DNA from: Pecten maximus
Lineage: Eukaryota
NCBI RefSeq assembly: GCF_902652985.1
Contig: NC_047016.1
Coordinates: 28,086,001-28,150,000, forward strand
Length of the DNA: 64,000 bases
Direction of reading: 5' to 3'
Both the position numbers and the translations under genes were made by a program. Positions 63,100 to 64,000 of the stretch are shown here, one piece after another. How positions within the stretch are numbered: the stretch's first letter is position 1; the number at the start of each line of letters is the position of its first letter. The notes under the pieces are model-generated. The model was not told where the DNA came from and did not search any database. It saw only the letters and a list, made by a program, of their open reading frames with translations.

Positions 63100-63850
63100 A
63101 TCGACAACACGAGAGCAAAATATGAACAAAAACTTGAGATTGGCATGGATACTCTTGAAAATGTAGAAGGAGAATACGACCAGGTGTTCCAGTAGAGTAA
63201 GTGTTTTCTGCTTCATTGACGACGACCGCCTTACAAATCTAGGTCATAACGACGACCGCCATACAAATCTACGTCATGACGACGACCGCCATACAAATCT
63301 AGGTCATGACGACGACCGCCATACAAATCTAGGTCATGACGACGACCGCCATACAAATCTGGGTCATGACGACGACCGCCATATAAATATGGATCATGAC
63401 GACGACCGCCATACAAATCTAGGTCATGACGACGACCGCCATACAAACCTGGGTCATGACGACGACCGCCATACAAATCTGGGTCATGACGACGACCGCC
63501 ATACAAATCTGGGTCATGACGACGACCGCCATACAAATCTGGGTTAAGTCAAAATCTCAAAAAATAGAACTAGAAAGATGACAACGGGACCACTGGGCAC
63601 TTCATGAATCACATGATACGATAGAATACTTCCAAATCAGATCATGATACGGACCATGAAACCTCTCCGTGGTATTTATCAACATGCAGCTTCCGTCGGC
63701 AGTCTACTTCTGTAAAGGAAATCGTGGTAATGACAATAAGTCCTTGAATTTCGAATAAACTGAGACATGTTAACACTGTCGGTAGAACATATGGATCCCA
63801 CTGTCTTGAAATTGAAAATTGGGAAATGAATTAATCAGGTCCATACAGCT
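63100..63850 (-). mobile_element. Degenerate Penelope-like retroelement 3' remnant; related 3' end at ~52960-53060
   Basis: Minus-strand SQFIRNSRTYCHYHDFLYRSRL (~63690-63765) resembles the SQLIRYAR..S...DF..R motif I recall for Penelope-type RT C-termini; 63150-63225 is similar to 52975-53050. Confidence 0.45.
63218..63544. repeat. 30-bp minisatellite (~11 copies)
   Basis: Unit gacgacgaccgccatacaaatctaggtcat. Confidence 0.96.
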
Positions 63851-64000
63851 TATATAGATGTACCTGCTCATGCGCCCACTACTCTACTGTTGAATCTGTA
63901 ACATCAATGGCGTAAACAAATGGTCTGTTATACTTGTCTTTCCATGAACTTCAATTTTATTCCTACATTCTCTATAGTAACGCTTTTGTTCTCTTATCAT

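Noticed and set aside
63231-63536. ORF with (LYGGRRHDPD)n resembling a neuropeptide precursor with GRR cleavage sites
   Set aside because: It is a 30-bp minisatellite with no ATG start, signal peptide or splice context, embedded in a retroelement remnant.

Overview
AT-rich eukaryotic genomic DNA with spliceosomal genes. The repeat landscape (V-type tRNA-SINE, Helitron-type elements carrying ~160-bp satellite cores, CR1-group LINE) suggests a bivalve mollusc; this is inferred, not proven. Four multi-exon genes were reconstructed by hand with phase-consistent splice sites: an ANKRD45-like ankyrin protein (+, 8277-16891), FOXRED1 (-, 38056-21760, one apparent 1-bp frameshift), and two tandem paralogous secreted proteins (-, 50390-44251, ~802 aa; -, 61735-53698, ~727 aa). 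The paralogs are the most interesting element. Both have the architecture signal peptide + lysozyme/lytic-transglycosylase-like domain (ES...GIWQ...DLRKP motifs) + VWA (intact MIDAS) + beta-rich domain + 3-4 four-cysteine chitin-binding-type-2-like repeats. One keeps the putative catalytic Glu and the other has Glu->Gln, suggesting an enzyme/pseudoenzyme pair. Other points: a young, TSD-flanked, almost intact CR1-group LINE with a 2A (DIESNPGP) motif; candidate frame-compensating micro-exons in the ankyrin gene; a minisatellite that multiplies a FOXRED1 splice donor; a decayed exon copy; a hAT transposase relic within a local duplication; and several fold-back elements. No rRNA, genuine tRNA or CRISPR array was found.
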